A stretch of 64,000 nucleotides of DNA from Torpedo marmorata (GCA_977017645.1 OZ360245.1:5704001-5768000), one strand, 5' to 3'. Positions 1 to 12,550 are shown, numbered from the stretch's first letter. Numbers and translations: made by a program. The notes: generated by a model from the letters alone, not told the origin.

Positions 1-1190
1 TGGTAAGTCATTGTATTTTCCTCATTGATAGTGATAATAATGACAAGTTGGTCAGCCAGGTTGGAAATAGTGAAAAGATTTCCTCGGGTCAACGCATGGG
101 TGCTACTGGTCTGAGCAGACGTGCCAGTCCGCGTTATGTGCGGGGGATGGTTTGATGCTGATTTCAGAGGACTGGCGGCACTAAAATGGCTTTAAATAGC
201 GCCTGGTGCTGGGGCTGGTCGGGTACCCGCGGTTACAGGAGCAGAGGGAACGGCACCGCCTAATTTTCGGTGTCCGTCGCTGCTCGTCGCTCGCTCTCTG
301 ATCAAAGCGGCTGGTCAGGCGGCTGATTGGGACTGGAGCCGCTTCTGGGGCAGCGACAATGAGCTGATGTTGCCGGGTCCCAGACTGGGCGTCCACCCGT
401 CAGTCGTTGCGGTCACAACTCCATCGCGCCGGACACGACAGGGCCAATGAGCAGCCGCGAGACAAGAGCCAAGAAGCCTCTGGGCAAACTTTGGATTGAA
501 AATAAATCCACCTGTTCTAGCGTTCAATTGATTTACAGGCGGGGTCAGAGCTGCCTGATCAAAGGCAGCGGGAGACTTTTCATAATTTTTCTCTGTTGCG
601 CCAGTTGAGTGAATGTCTGTACCGTGTTAATGGTGTCCAACACCCCCTCTGGAATCTTGTAACCATCACCGCACCCACCTCGGCACAGATGGGAAGAGTT
701 GCAGTTTGAACCTAATGTCTCAATTTCTCTCCAGTGACATTTCCCTATCATGTCTGTTAGTTTATATATTTATGTATACACTGATACATTCTTCATGGAG
801 TTATTTCTGTGTTAATCAATATAATCTTTAATGTCAATGTATATGTCAATATTAATCAATATGTGTATGTATATATTCGTAGAAAATGCAGGAAACACAT
901 CCGTTTTCCAGTTCTTTTTAATTTAAGATTTAAGTATTCACATGTTTACCATACATACAATACACATTATACAACTTTATCTAAATTGTTCGAAGCATTT
1001 TTCAACCAATAACAATAATCTGAGCAACAATAATCTGATAATTTCTGTTAATCCATATTTCTGTACATAATCGTCTCTTTTAGCCAATATCGGCATAATC
1101 ATAATCTATGGTATGTATATCTCTTTATATCATAATAACTCGGCGTTTTCGCGTTGGTCTGTTTCAAGTTCCAGTGAAAAAAAAAGAGAC

Positions 1191-1455
1191 AGTCAAGTCA
1201 AGTCAAGTCAAGTCACCTTTATTTGTCGTTCATTACCATATACACAGTAAGACGAGATAGCGTTTCTCCAGGACCATGGGCAAATGTACGTAAATAGCAT
1301 AATACAATTAAAAAACTATAACATGCTAATACACATATATATCTAGAAATTGAGGAGCCTTGATGGCTTGGTGGAGAAAACTGTTGCACAATCTGGACGT
1401 ACGAGCCTGAATTCTTCGGTACCTCCTTCCAGATGGCAAAAGGGAAAAAAGTCGA
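1191..1455 (-). mobile_element. Rex1/Babar-like LINE 3' fragment
   Basis: (AAGTC)n tail next to TTTATTTGTC. The minus strand encodes an LPSGRRYR-type motif, as in the other Rex1 fragments. Confidence 0.65.
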
Positions 1456-2442
1456 TTGTTAAATCTTATTTTTTTTCCCTTGCTCGACATTCCCAGACAG
1501 ATTATATTATTTTCGAATTACTCCCATTCCTTATCTTGATCTTTTTTCACGCACTCATTCACTCGTTATCTGTGTTTTCTACCCCGCCCTCTGCTCCTCA
1601 AAGGCAAACAATCGGGGAGACCATGTTAGTTAATCAATTGTTCTCCGCTCCTGACTTCCATCTCCTCTGGAATTGCTACAACCTTCTCGTTTACCTCTCT
1701 CTCTCTCTCTCTGTTTGACCTGCTGACGTTTCTCCAGCATTTGTGTTTTTACTTCAACCACGGTGTCTGCAGACTTTCGTGTTTTACTTCTCTCTCTCTC
1801 CAACCGTCTCTCCCTTTCTTGCATTTTAAAGCGGAGATTACTCCTGGCCAATGGCTTTCGATACGAAAACTGTCACGGGCTTCGATTATGCTTTAGAATT
1901 AACCTTTCACTTAAAAAAATGCCTCTAATATTTTCTAACTCTCAATGGCAATCGTGGAGAGTTTTAGCATTGAAGAAAACTTCGCAATTTTGATAGCATC
2001 CCTGCAAAAACATGTTTTCGCTTTCTGACGCTGGTTAAACACTTTGGAAGATACCAATGACCCTGTTCGCGCTTTTGATTGAGGTTTTTCTCGGGGGTCC
2101 ATTTAAAATTCGCTTGAACATTTTAAATTTGGCATGAGCCGGAACTCAGTCAGCGCAGAACGATATTTTAATGTTGTTACATAAATCGTCGTTCGCTCTG
2201 GAGATATTTCGCAACGAAATTTATACACTTATTTTGCGGACCTGGGCATTAGAAATGAATAATTAGTATTGAAGAGATTGGGAATAATAAATTAATACTT
2301 TATGCCTCAGTGAATGCAAAAAATGAATTTCGTTTGTGAAGATTATTAGATAAACTAAACAAAAATGTTGGTCCTATTCTCCACTTCCATTTTTCCTGGA
2401 ACTGACTCGATTGAGTTTTATCGTTTCCTCCTACATGTGTGA

Positions 2443-2542
2443 GGGAAACACGAAATGCTGGGGGAACTCAGCCGGTTTATTCAGCGTCTCGTATAGATGC
2501 TGAAAAGACCAGATGAGTTCCCCCGGCATTTCGGTGTTTTTA
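2443..2542. mobile_element. Penelope-terminal-repeat-derived fold-back element with 16-bp TSD
   Basis: Inverted arms AAACACGAAATGCTGGGGGAACTCA / TGAGTTCCCCCGGCATTTCGGTGTTT; direct repeat CCTCCTACATGTGTGA at 2427-2442 and 2543-2558. Confidence 0.8.
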
Positions 2543-3029
2543 CCTCCTACATGTGTGACTGTCTCTTTCTCTTGACTTTGGCCGTGTTTTTTTATATGAG
2601 GAACGAACCGCTCAGGTTGCAATAGGTACAACCGGTGTGGAAATGCACTTCCAGTACCAAATAATGTATTGTGCGGCCACGGAGTGCCGCCCCTGGTGCC
2701 TAATATTAATTTGTTGCTCGTTCATTCTCTCACTTGCACCCTGCCCTCACAGTTTGAACCAAGAGCTTGCGAGTTTTAAGACCAAACGCAGAGGTCCCGA
2801 GGCCCAAATAATTTGTCTTTATTTGCATTGATGCGTTCAACAACAACAATAAAATGCGTTTATAGTTGGAGGCGTTCACGTGGTCATTTCGATATTTGTT
2901 TTGTTTGAAAATGTCCCCGCGTGTTTTCGGACCGCGCTGCTTGTTCGGCACCAACGTGACTGTCGGTGTTCTGTGATCACGAATAATGCGTCAAGTTGTT
3001 GGTATCAGCGCCCCCAACCGATACCTGGC

Positions 3030-3371
3030 GGGGAGAGAGAGAGGGGGGGAAGGTAGAGAGAGGCAGGGGAGGAAGAGGGGGAGAGAAGGAGGGAGCGGGG
3101 AGAGGGGTGTGTGTGTGAGAGAGAGGAGGGAGAGAGACGAGTAAGAGAGAGAGGGAGGGATGGGAGAAGGGGAGAAAAAGACGAGAGGAGAGAAGGGGAA
3201 GGGAGGGAGAGAGCAAACAGAGAAGGGAGAGAGAGAGGAGGGAGAGAGGAGAGAAGGGGAAGAGAGAGAGAGTCGAGGAAGAGAGAGAGAAAGATGAGAG
3301 AAGGGGAGAAAGAGACAAGGGAGAGAGAGGAGATAAGGGGACAGGAGGGAAAGGAGAGAGAGAGAGAGAGA
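3030..3371. repeat. GA-rich low-complexity purine tract
   Basis: Almost pure A/G run; it explains the spurious ORFs here. Confidence 0.95.
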
Positions 3372-4083
3372 TGAAACTGCGGCTTCAACCGGGAATACGC
3401 AGACTCAACAAAATTGGGGCAATTTCGCAATCAAGGAACTTTGAGAACGGTCGGTTTAATCATAACGAAGAGATTACGTCCGTCGGAGAATTAGCATGCG
3501 TGCCAAAGATTTCGCGAGGGCCTGGGTGAGGGTCTGCGGTAGAGTGATGGGAGCAACACAACAGAACTTCATACTGAAAAAAATAACATTGGAAGGGAAG
3601 CTTCACTTTCGTCTGATCGGGAGAAGGCTTCGGTGCTGGGCGAAGCAATTCAGATGATTTTGTCGGTTTGCCGATCTGTTTAATTTCCACCGGGTTGAAA
3701 TGATTCTTGTGACCTCAGTCTGGCGCAGGGGTCTCGTGCTCGGGACCAGAATCTTGTTCCTTTCAGTATTAAACACAAGGTCGGAAACTTGCCATGGAAT
3801 CCTCTTTTATTGTTTGATAACTATTAAAATCGACCTTTAATGTTTATTTAACAAAAATAACAAAGGGTTATTGGCACGGGAAAATCTGAAGTGGGAATTT
3901 CTGAGGTATTCTCTTCCTGACTGACATTTCTCTTGTTTATCTGCGCATAGAGAGCAGAGTCAAACAGGGTAAAAGGCAAATCGAAGAACTGAGCAGCAAA
4001 TAATCGGCACAAAATATTAGCAGATATAAGTAAAAACACGATGCTGGAGAAACTCAGCAGGTCAAACAGTGTCCCCCCTCCCT

Positions 4084-4130
<47 letters not shown>

Positions 4131-7100
4131 TCGACCTCTCTCTCGATATATATAATCCTAGTTTGTATACCTTGATTAATACTTGTTCCGAATTATTTTA
4201 TTTAACCTGATCATTCTTGGACTGGTTTTTCCATTTTCGGCTTGTACAAAGGCGCAGGAATTTTGCCTTCAGTGACAAATTTGAGAAAAAGAATAGGAAT
4301 AAAGAACTTCTCATTTGCACTAATGGAGCCCCCTTGCCCTGTACCGAACGGAACACAATCCTTCACCCGGCACCTGTGAACACACAGATGTAATTTTCTA
4401 AAGATAGGAGTAAATGGTGCTGGAAGATATTATACTATTATTCCCCGGCAATAATATTGGAGGATAAATATAGAATTAGCTTCCCGATGTATGTAATCGT
4501 TTGGATCCTGAGTTCTGTCTAATAACAGAATGTGATTAAATTGATGTCTTGGAATGTTAATGTTCGGTGCCCAGTTACAATAATCAGATGCGGTGAGATT
4601 TTATATCAGTGCATCATTTTATTTGATATCAATATTGATATGGACGCAATATTTTCATTACATTTTGGCCAAAAATGACCAGAGGAAATTAATGATATCC
4701 TGGAAGCGTCTTGGTCTGACGGTAGCTGTGAACATTCATTTAATTGGGGAAGAGATTTACCGGGAGCCTACCAATGCCCCCACAGCTAGCAGCTATTAGT
4801 GTCCATGTTGCACTAACTTGCTGCAGTGCGCAGAGGTTACTGCAATACTGTCGACAGAGAATGACTGGAGGAAGAATTTAGGGTAAAACACATACTAAAA
4901 CCATGTTCCCCGACTCAAAATAAAGATTATGACAATGGGGAGTCTTATTCCAGCCAGATATATCGGAATTACCATTGGAAAGCTAAAAATAAAGAACATC
5001 TCAGGTGCTGGGAAACTGAATTAAACACGGAAATTATTGGAAACACTCATCAGGCCAGGCAGCGTCTGTGGAGAGAGAGCGGCTGAGTTCACATTTCAGG
5101 TCAATTCAGCCCAGTTTCGATGACCGGCCGTCGCCATACCTGCTGAATATTTCAGATGGTCTGTTTTTAATTCCCGAATTATCATTCCTCTCCAAAGAAA
5201 CGTGGGCATCAGCCAAAGTTTGGCCGTCTAGTCAATATGAATATGCAGCCATATTAACATATCCCGTGTCGCAGCGACCTTCAATCGTACATTGAAAGGT
5301 AATTTTATGAAGGCGGAATTGCAAGAATGTAGAAATTGGAACCGGAAACTTGTTGTTTCTTATGAATGATAGTTGTATTTGCATAATCGCGTCAAATTGC
5401 ATTTTAAACTCCGTGACAACCAGGCCTTACCTTAATTGCATACAAATGATTCGGTCTGAGATTTAGCCTTCAGTTCACACAATTATTATCGCAAGCCCGC
5501 TGTCCAACGGGACTGCTAAATGCTAAGTAATTACTTGAGTTAATATACTTCAACCGAGTAAGAGTTTGTAATGAAATAATAGATTAAGTAATCGAAATAT
5601 TAAGCAGTCAAAGAATTGATGGAGAAACTCAGCAGCGTCCATGGGTAGAAGTGGCCAGTCATCGTTTCTGGTCTAAACCCTGAATAGAAATGTTCATTTA
5701 TTGGAAAAAACGGAGGAAAGTCACAGAAACAGTAAAATAGGTTCTGCACCCCGTCCACGCGTTTGATTTAATACAAACTAAATATTATGTTTCTGTTTGG
5801 TAGATTATTCAGCGTCAGGACAATAGTCCCCCCCAGAGATGCAGAAATGCACTTGTATGGTGTGTATGACCGCACATGACATGTAAACTTTGTAACAAAT
5901 TGCTCTTGCAATGAATAGATGAATATAATATTCAACAGTAAATGACCCGAGGAGTTGGCTGCTTGGCCGACCTCACTGCTAAACGTACATTCCCAGCTAA
6001 TTAGCGGTTTATATCAAATTCTCCCCCCCCCCCCACAAACCCCGTGCTAATAGTTATTTGCTTTACTCGCTCTCTTTTGCACAAGTCTCAGATGCTGAGA
6101 TAAAGATTCGTGGACAGGTTGCTTGGCTTCCTTTCTCGATTTTACTCCTAACGCTTTCCAAACACGATCTGCTCAAAGACAAGCAGAGTTTTCATAATTC
6201 CATGTTTGCGACCATATGAAGTGGAAGAGGATTTTGCAAGAATATCCCAAAATGTGATCGCGCTGAATCAGACACAAGGGACTGGTTTTCCGAATTACAT
6301 TCTAATGATAGATTGGATAGATGCGTGGATACATGAATGCAAACATAATATGATGATTCATTGATTGACACCTGATTGATAGGCAGGTAGATCGGTACCT
6401 AGATGATTGATAGATAAGTAGATAGGAAGAGATAGAGAGAGGGAAATGAGTCGGCAGTTAAACAGACGGGCAATAAATAGACGGATAGATAGGTAGATGT
6501 AAAAGTTCTAACTGGCGCTATTTCTGCACACACGAATCTATAAAATGCATTTTCTAAAAGGAGTAAGTAAATCATTATCACAGTCATTTAGGTTTCACGA
6601 TTTTTAGTGAGTCACGGCAACTCTGGGTTATATCCACAGATGTAATAAATCAGTTACGAAATATTCCACCGTTCTATTCCGCTTTGCGATTACCCGAAAA
6701 TAGCGAATATAAGGGAATCTTGCTGAACTCATCGACATGTAAATACTTTCCCAACTCACACCTCTCCCTCGCTCCTTCTCGTTTCCATGTTACTTTTTTT
6801 TCCTATTCTTGTACAATAACCAACAAAACAGCAATGGTATATCTTTATTTTGTTCTCAAAGGCCACAAGGTTGGGGGGCGGCCGGGGGTGTGGGGTGGGG
6901 GAGGTTGGATGGTAGACACATTTCCACCAGATCTGAGGCAAACACTTCCTCCAAATCCAGAGTGGTAATGGTGGGAGATGCGAACTTCCCCTAAAACCAC
7001 ACAGAATACTATGCGCACCGCAGTGTGGCCATCAGACTGAAACTTTCAATAAAAATTAACAAAAGTTATTAATTATTAGAAATGTTTATTATTGCATACT

Positions 7101-7702
7101 TCATGGTAGTAAGCTCTTCGGTTCGGTGAATCTGAGATTAATCCAGGTGAGCACTGAAGTCCGAACCCAAGCAGATAGCACCTGTTGTTCTATCTACCGC
7201 CGAGATTACGCCAGTTCCCGTTCTCAGCTCGGTTTCGTACCTAATTTCCTTCCACGTCTTCCATCACCTGATTTTGGAACTACTCTCAAATGCCATTATT
7301 CGCAGGCGAGTTTTCCTCCAGCCAACCTATCTGAAACTTTAAGGATGTCCTGGCCACTAGCACAGGTGTAATCCGAAGGTTGCTGCAGAACCTCATCTAA
7401 TACCTACAATTTCATCCTCTACCTGGCCCGAGACACCCACTATGCACCTGTTCTCCTGTAAAAACATAGGATCACAGAAGCGACAACATAACCTATTCAT
7501 TTACATAGCGGCTGTGAAATCTAATGATCGATTATAATTTATCAGATGAGTTTAATATCTGGCTGGTAAAGTTCGAAGCTTTAACAAAGCTCGGTGAAAG
7601 GATACAGGTGGAGGCAGTGTTTCAGCGTTGAGTCAGTGGCTTGGGGACTTGTGGCAAAGAAATGTAAGACAGGATGCAACGAACCCGGTGGTAGATTTCA
7701 AA

Positions 7703-7953
7703 CTAAACAGCACCAATAGCCTGAATACGACTGGGATTGTCTGATCTCAGAAGCTAAGCAGGCACAGGACTGGTCAGTACTTGGAGGGGAGACCGCCAAG
7801 GAACACCAGGTGCTGTAGGTTTCTGTGAGGGGCGCTGGACAAAATAGCGACTCTCTGTCTGCCTTACAGTAGACAAAAATTAAAGAATTTCATATATGTT
7901 ACATTCTAAATGTAGTATTACGTAACAATAATGGAACCTTTACCTTTACCTTT
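7703..7953 (+). mobile_element. 5S rRNA-derived SINE (SINE3-like)
   Basis: 7703-7823 matches 5S rRNA (TCTGATCTCAGAAGCTAAGCAGG...AGTACTTGGA...GAGACCGCC...GGTGCTGTAGG) with many substitutions. It continues into a 130-nt body ending ACAATAATGGA(ACCTTT)3. Confidence 0.8.
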
Positions 7954-7974
7954 AAACACTACTGCATTTCAGAA

Positions 7975-8310
7975 AGAGGGGAGATGGGTGGGGACGGATG
8001 CACCGTAGAAGGGAGGGGAGAGAGAGAGAGAGAGAGAGAGAGGAAGGAGACTGGGGAAAGGGATAAATGACAGAGAGGGTTGAGCAAGGCACATTGAATA
8101 GGCACAGAGAAGGGATGTGGGAGTGGATGGGGCGCGGGAGATAGAGGCACAGGGTGGGATAAAGAGAAATGTTGACACGCGGGGAAAGAGGGAAAGGTGG
8201 GTCTCAAAAGGGAAGGGGAAAGAGAATGACAACGTGAAGGAGAAATGGACGGAGAGGGCAAAATATAAGGATATCAATCAGAGGGGGAGAAAGGGGTTTT
8301 TACTGGGGTA
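7975..8310. repeat. GA-rich low-complexity tract with (GA)n
   Basis: Purine-rich sequence with a (GA)n run near 8018-8042. Confidence 0.85.
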
Positions 8311-10108
8311 ATGTTTTCCATTTGGATGGGATACCGTCAGTTCTACTCCTTTAACGTACATACACTAAAATCAAGGTGAAGTGATTCGCAGTCGCTGCCT
8401 TCCGAGAACACCGGGGGAAGGCGAGAGCCGAATCGCTGATTTTACTCTGATGATCTACACGTGACAGCAAAAAATTATGAAGGAGTTTGACAGGGTCTTA
8501 AACTGCCCGGCGCCACGACCCAGAGTCTTTGCTAAAAATAGGCACAGATGGGGAGAGCGTTTGGGAGAAATGAGAGTGGGAGTAGAACGAGTGGAGGGAG
8601 AGGAAAGGAGGGAAGGAAATAGAGAAGGAAATAATTTAACGATGCCGCGCCTATGGAAACGCTGGACGTATATCACATGGGGGTGTTTTAAAAATGCTGG
8701 CGATCAACGTAGATATTGAAAGGTGTAATGGCACAGAGATTAAACTACCTAGAACTAAAGTTCACCCATAAAAGGACGTGAATCTGGAAAAGGCCAGAGG
8801 TAATAGTTAAATAATTAAAGGATACAAAAAATGATTTTTTTTTACGAAACTCTAATGTTTCTTTTCCAAAGTGAGCCTCAAGCAAACAAAATACTCTTCT
8901 GATATTGAAGGTGGCTTCTCATCATTTAAATCTTGTCATGGATTCACTTCTGTTCCACTCACAATAAATATACACTCATCTATAAACACATACTTCCACA
9001 TACACACTCAATCTCACACAGCACACACCGTTCACATATATAAACAACTTGTGTTCACAAACAGGCAAAACACACTCACACAGAGTGCCATATTACACAC
9101 GCAGAACAAATTAAATTCTCCACACGCATATTTGCATCTTTCCAACAATTTGGACATCAGTTGATAGTTTATATCCGGACAATAATGAGCAGAGATAACA
9201 CATCATGAAGAAGAAAATCAACAGGCTCAGTAACTACTGAAATTTCAACGTAACTAAAATGCTGCCGTCCTTATATTTTTGAAAACTTAAACTCCGATTT
9301 AAAGTATTTTTAAATGCAGGCTTGTTGCTGAATAAATCTGAGAATACTGAGCCTACAACTCAACATCTCCGTTGGTCCTGTGTGATTATTCAACAAAATA
9401 CATTTAAAAGTTGCTAATTTTGTCGATATTTTTGCATAAGTAAGCGCAAAGAGTGATGCGATATTCAATTCATGTTTCGCCGCTGTGGGAAAAATATATA
9501 TCTGTACTTCATCAGGATTCAGCAAATTGCGTCCTGGGGGAAATATAAACGGAAAACGCGCACCGCTATTGCCAGGTAAAGATACCCACGGTGAGTAGAA
9601 TGACCTGGAAATAGTACAGCGGGTTCAGACAATACGCCAAACTCCATTATAAATGTAAATATAAAGTAACAATGGAAAAATAACTGGCATGTATCCGCAA
9701 TATGTACGTCACTGTTGCAGTCACCGCCAGTGCTGTGTGGATATTAAGCTGACATGTTCAGAATGTTATATAGTTATTTATTTTATTCAATCGAACTGAA
9801 ATGGTTTAATTCTGCAACGAATTAGATTGCTACGTGTAAAGGAAAGAAAAGACAAGTTCGTTGGGACCCAGCTGGGCTGAAAAAGCGCGGTCAGCTCAAC
9901 ACAAATAGTGTTCATGGAATTGATTACATAGATTCTCAACTCAAAACTACAGGGAAATCTGCACAAACAGCTATGGTTTAGCCAGCCAGAGTATCTACTG
10001 GTAATGTCTGTCAAAATTATTAACTTTAAACACAGTGCTGTATGTGTTATTTTTGCACAATAAATTAAATATTACGTATTCATATTTAAAACGGCGTTTT
10101 TGTATTCT

Positions 10109-10136
10109 CATATATACAGTATATATATATTTTAAA

Positions 10137-10163
<27 letters not shown>
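10109..10163. repeat. (TA)n microsatellite
   Basis: Directly visible. Confidence 0.95.
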
Positions 10164-10168
<5 letters not shown>

Positions 10169-11342
10169 GAGAGGCTTCATTCGATATGTTTAGTATATAC
10201 AGGTTGCAATTCAAGGGAAATAACATAATGCTCTCCGAACGGGGCTATTTAACACACCCACAGAAACCCAGGAGTGACCCAGAAATAGTGATCTTGACCC
10301 AGAGATCGCGTGTGTAATGAACAACCTGACGGTCAAGTGCGTTTTGGACCTCATGTCACAGCCAGACACCGGCCACAAAGGTTAAATACTGTAAACATCA
10401 TGCCTGAATCTTCTTGTTATGGCGCATAATAACCTGGTCATGCAAAGTTAGCGGTTAATTGAGAACGGCGATACGCCCCAGTCGGCCAGCTTCACTCGAC
10501 CAATGCTTGGAGCCTGTCCATCTCCCGAACAGACCTTTCCGTTTGATCTTTATCAAAATAACTCAGATTCATATTGAAATACATAGTGTGTATTTGTCGC
10601 TTAAATTTTGTTTCTGCATCATTTACAATACAATTCTGGATTCAAACTACAATCACCCCGATAGTTGCCTCAGTACAACACTGCCAGTTAATCATTCTGA
10701 TGAATGAAATTAAACAAACATCTCTGAGTTGTTATTTAATAACAGCTCAGAGATATATGTTGATAACTTACTGGTTAATAAACTGTTTTTGGGGGAAGGC
10801 TTTCTCAAAACGACGATTCCTGAATATCTCAGAAAAATCGTGCATTTCATTCGCGCTTTCGACTGTCCGTCAATAAGGCCAACTCCTTTCCATGCAAGTC
10901 ACATTTTGTTATATTTCCCAGCTCTCTGTTTGTGAGCTTATTTTTCGTTTTCCAAACACACACACACACACACACACACACCTTTCCAACGCCTTTCGGT
11001 TTGCACTATTGGTTATGTGACGCCTTAAAACAAACTTTACTCTGGGAGAAAGGTATGCCCGTGTGTTAAACACCCTGCACTGGGAGCCACATCTCCTGCG
11101 TGCTATCTGTCCAGACCTCACACACCGCGATCAATTTAGGTGAGAGTGTAATTGCTTTAAATAAAACCGCCTGGCAAACGGGAATGCCCTCGCTTCTCAG
11201 TTGCTGGCAGTTTATTGTATGAATGAGGTGTGGTGAGGGGTTACTTTATTCACTCTTTAGTTATTTCACGGAATCGTTCCGTAATCACCAGAAAGTACCT
11301 GCATTTTTTATGATTGTTTTGGTTTCAAATCTCCTAGAAATG

Positions 11343-11580
11343 GGCGGCGTAGCGGTTAGCGTAACGCCTTTACAGCGCCAGTGATCGGGACCGGGGTTCG
11401 AATCCCGCGCTGTCTGTAAGGAGTTTGTACGTTCTCCCCGTGTCTGCGTGGGTTTTCCCGGGGGCTCCAGTTTCCTCCCACCGTTCAAAACGTACTGGGG
11501 TGTAGGTTAATGGGGTGGCACGGACTCGTGGGCCGAAATGGCCTGTTACCGTGCTGTATGTCTAAATTTTAAAATTTAAA
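11343..11580 (+). mobile_element. HE1-type tRNA-derived SINE (V-SINE)
   Basis: A-box TAGCGGTTAGC, B-box GGTTCGAATCCC, V-domain GGAGTTTGTACGTTCTCCCCGTGTCTGCGTGGGTTT, and tail GGGCCGAAATGGCCTGTTACCGTGCTGTA resembling the CR1 3' end at 49165-49195. Confidence 0.88.
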
Positions 11581-12439
11581 AAGCACCCTCAGTATAAATA
11601 GAAACTAGTCTCATTTTTGCAGGTATTGTTGCGGCGCCAATGACACAAACTGGCCAACAGATACAGAGAAATAAGACAAAGGTGCATGCACCTTGTTCGA
11701 CAGATATCCGTATTATCATCTCTCCTTTACAGTTGTGAAACATGGTATCAGTCCTGCTTCTTAATATATGAAATATCAAATGCTTAAATACCGGGAACTC
11801 GTTTCTCCTTAAATTATATCACTTTCCCGTATCGGAAAATGCTGCTAATGTAGGGGCAACAGCTCCTGGTAAACCCGGCTCGGAAAAAATGTATTTGCAC
11901 CCATTTTTCGGAGTGGCCTTTGAGAGTGTGGTCATCCTGAACATGAAGCATTAAACTTCACAAAAATATTGCATTGTGTGAATAGTGTCTGTGCAAGAAA
12001 CAGCTACTGAGTTTTTAAATATGCAACCTTTTATCGCAGGCGAGTTGTATACTCTCACGTATCCTAGTTGTAAAAGGTGCTTGTGGCTATCTTGTGGAAT
12101 TAAAATGGTTAACAACGCTCCAGTTTCTTTTTACAAAATTGTTAGATGGCGTGACTGTGATTTCATTTCCCCTCTTCTGCACTAAATTCTCGGCCCTGTC
12201 CCGTCTCAGCTTGGAGATGAGAAATGAGGGTCAGAAACCAGGGGGGAAATGTGCATCTCGCCTCCTGCTGATAATTCTTGAACACAGGGATCCCACCAGG
12301 ACAGAGGGTTCTCAATAATTTCATATGTGTACGCTCCTAGAAATCGGCAGACACTCGGGATCGAACACGGTGAGCTTTGATTTCCATGTTTTCCTGCAGC
12401 GGTATTGGATGGGGGGTGGGGGAACGGGGAGAGGAGGGG

Positions 12440-12550
12440 CGCTGATAAAATTTCTTTGCTTAATGCGAAGTGACAGGAGACGGTGCTTATTGTTAGACGT
12501 CAGCAGTCTGGCGCCAAGCGCTCTCGACAAGCCGTGTCCGAATTAATCGG
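12440..12550. promoter_or_regulatory. Candidate BMP/Smad-responsive enhancer upstream of TBX2
   Basis: AGAC 12495-12498, GACGTCA, GTCT 12506-12509 abutting GGCGCC 12510-12515, and TGATAA (GATA) near 12443. Confidence 0.5.

Noticed and set aside
2684-2700. CTCF-like motif (minus strand GCACCAGGGGCGGCAC)
   Set aside because: Spacing differs from the core consensus; too weak to call. The CCAGCAGGGGGAAA near 21846 lacks the 3' CGC part.
2977-3430. ORFs rich in L/S/P or E/R/G
   Set aside because: Translations of GA/CT low-complexity sequence; the same applies at 7959-8311, 13989-14298, 26640-26949 and 28263-29179.
7703-7823. Functional 5S rRNA gene
   Set aside because: Many substitutions, degenerate 5' end, no T4 terminator, not in a tandem array, and continues into a retroposon tail.
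11343-11420. tRNA gene
   Set aside because: The A/B boxes belong to the head of an HE1-type SINE present in at least five copies here.
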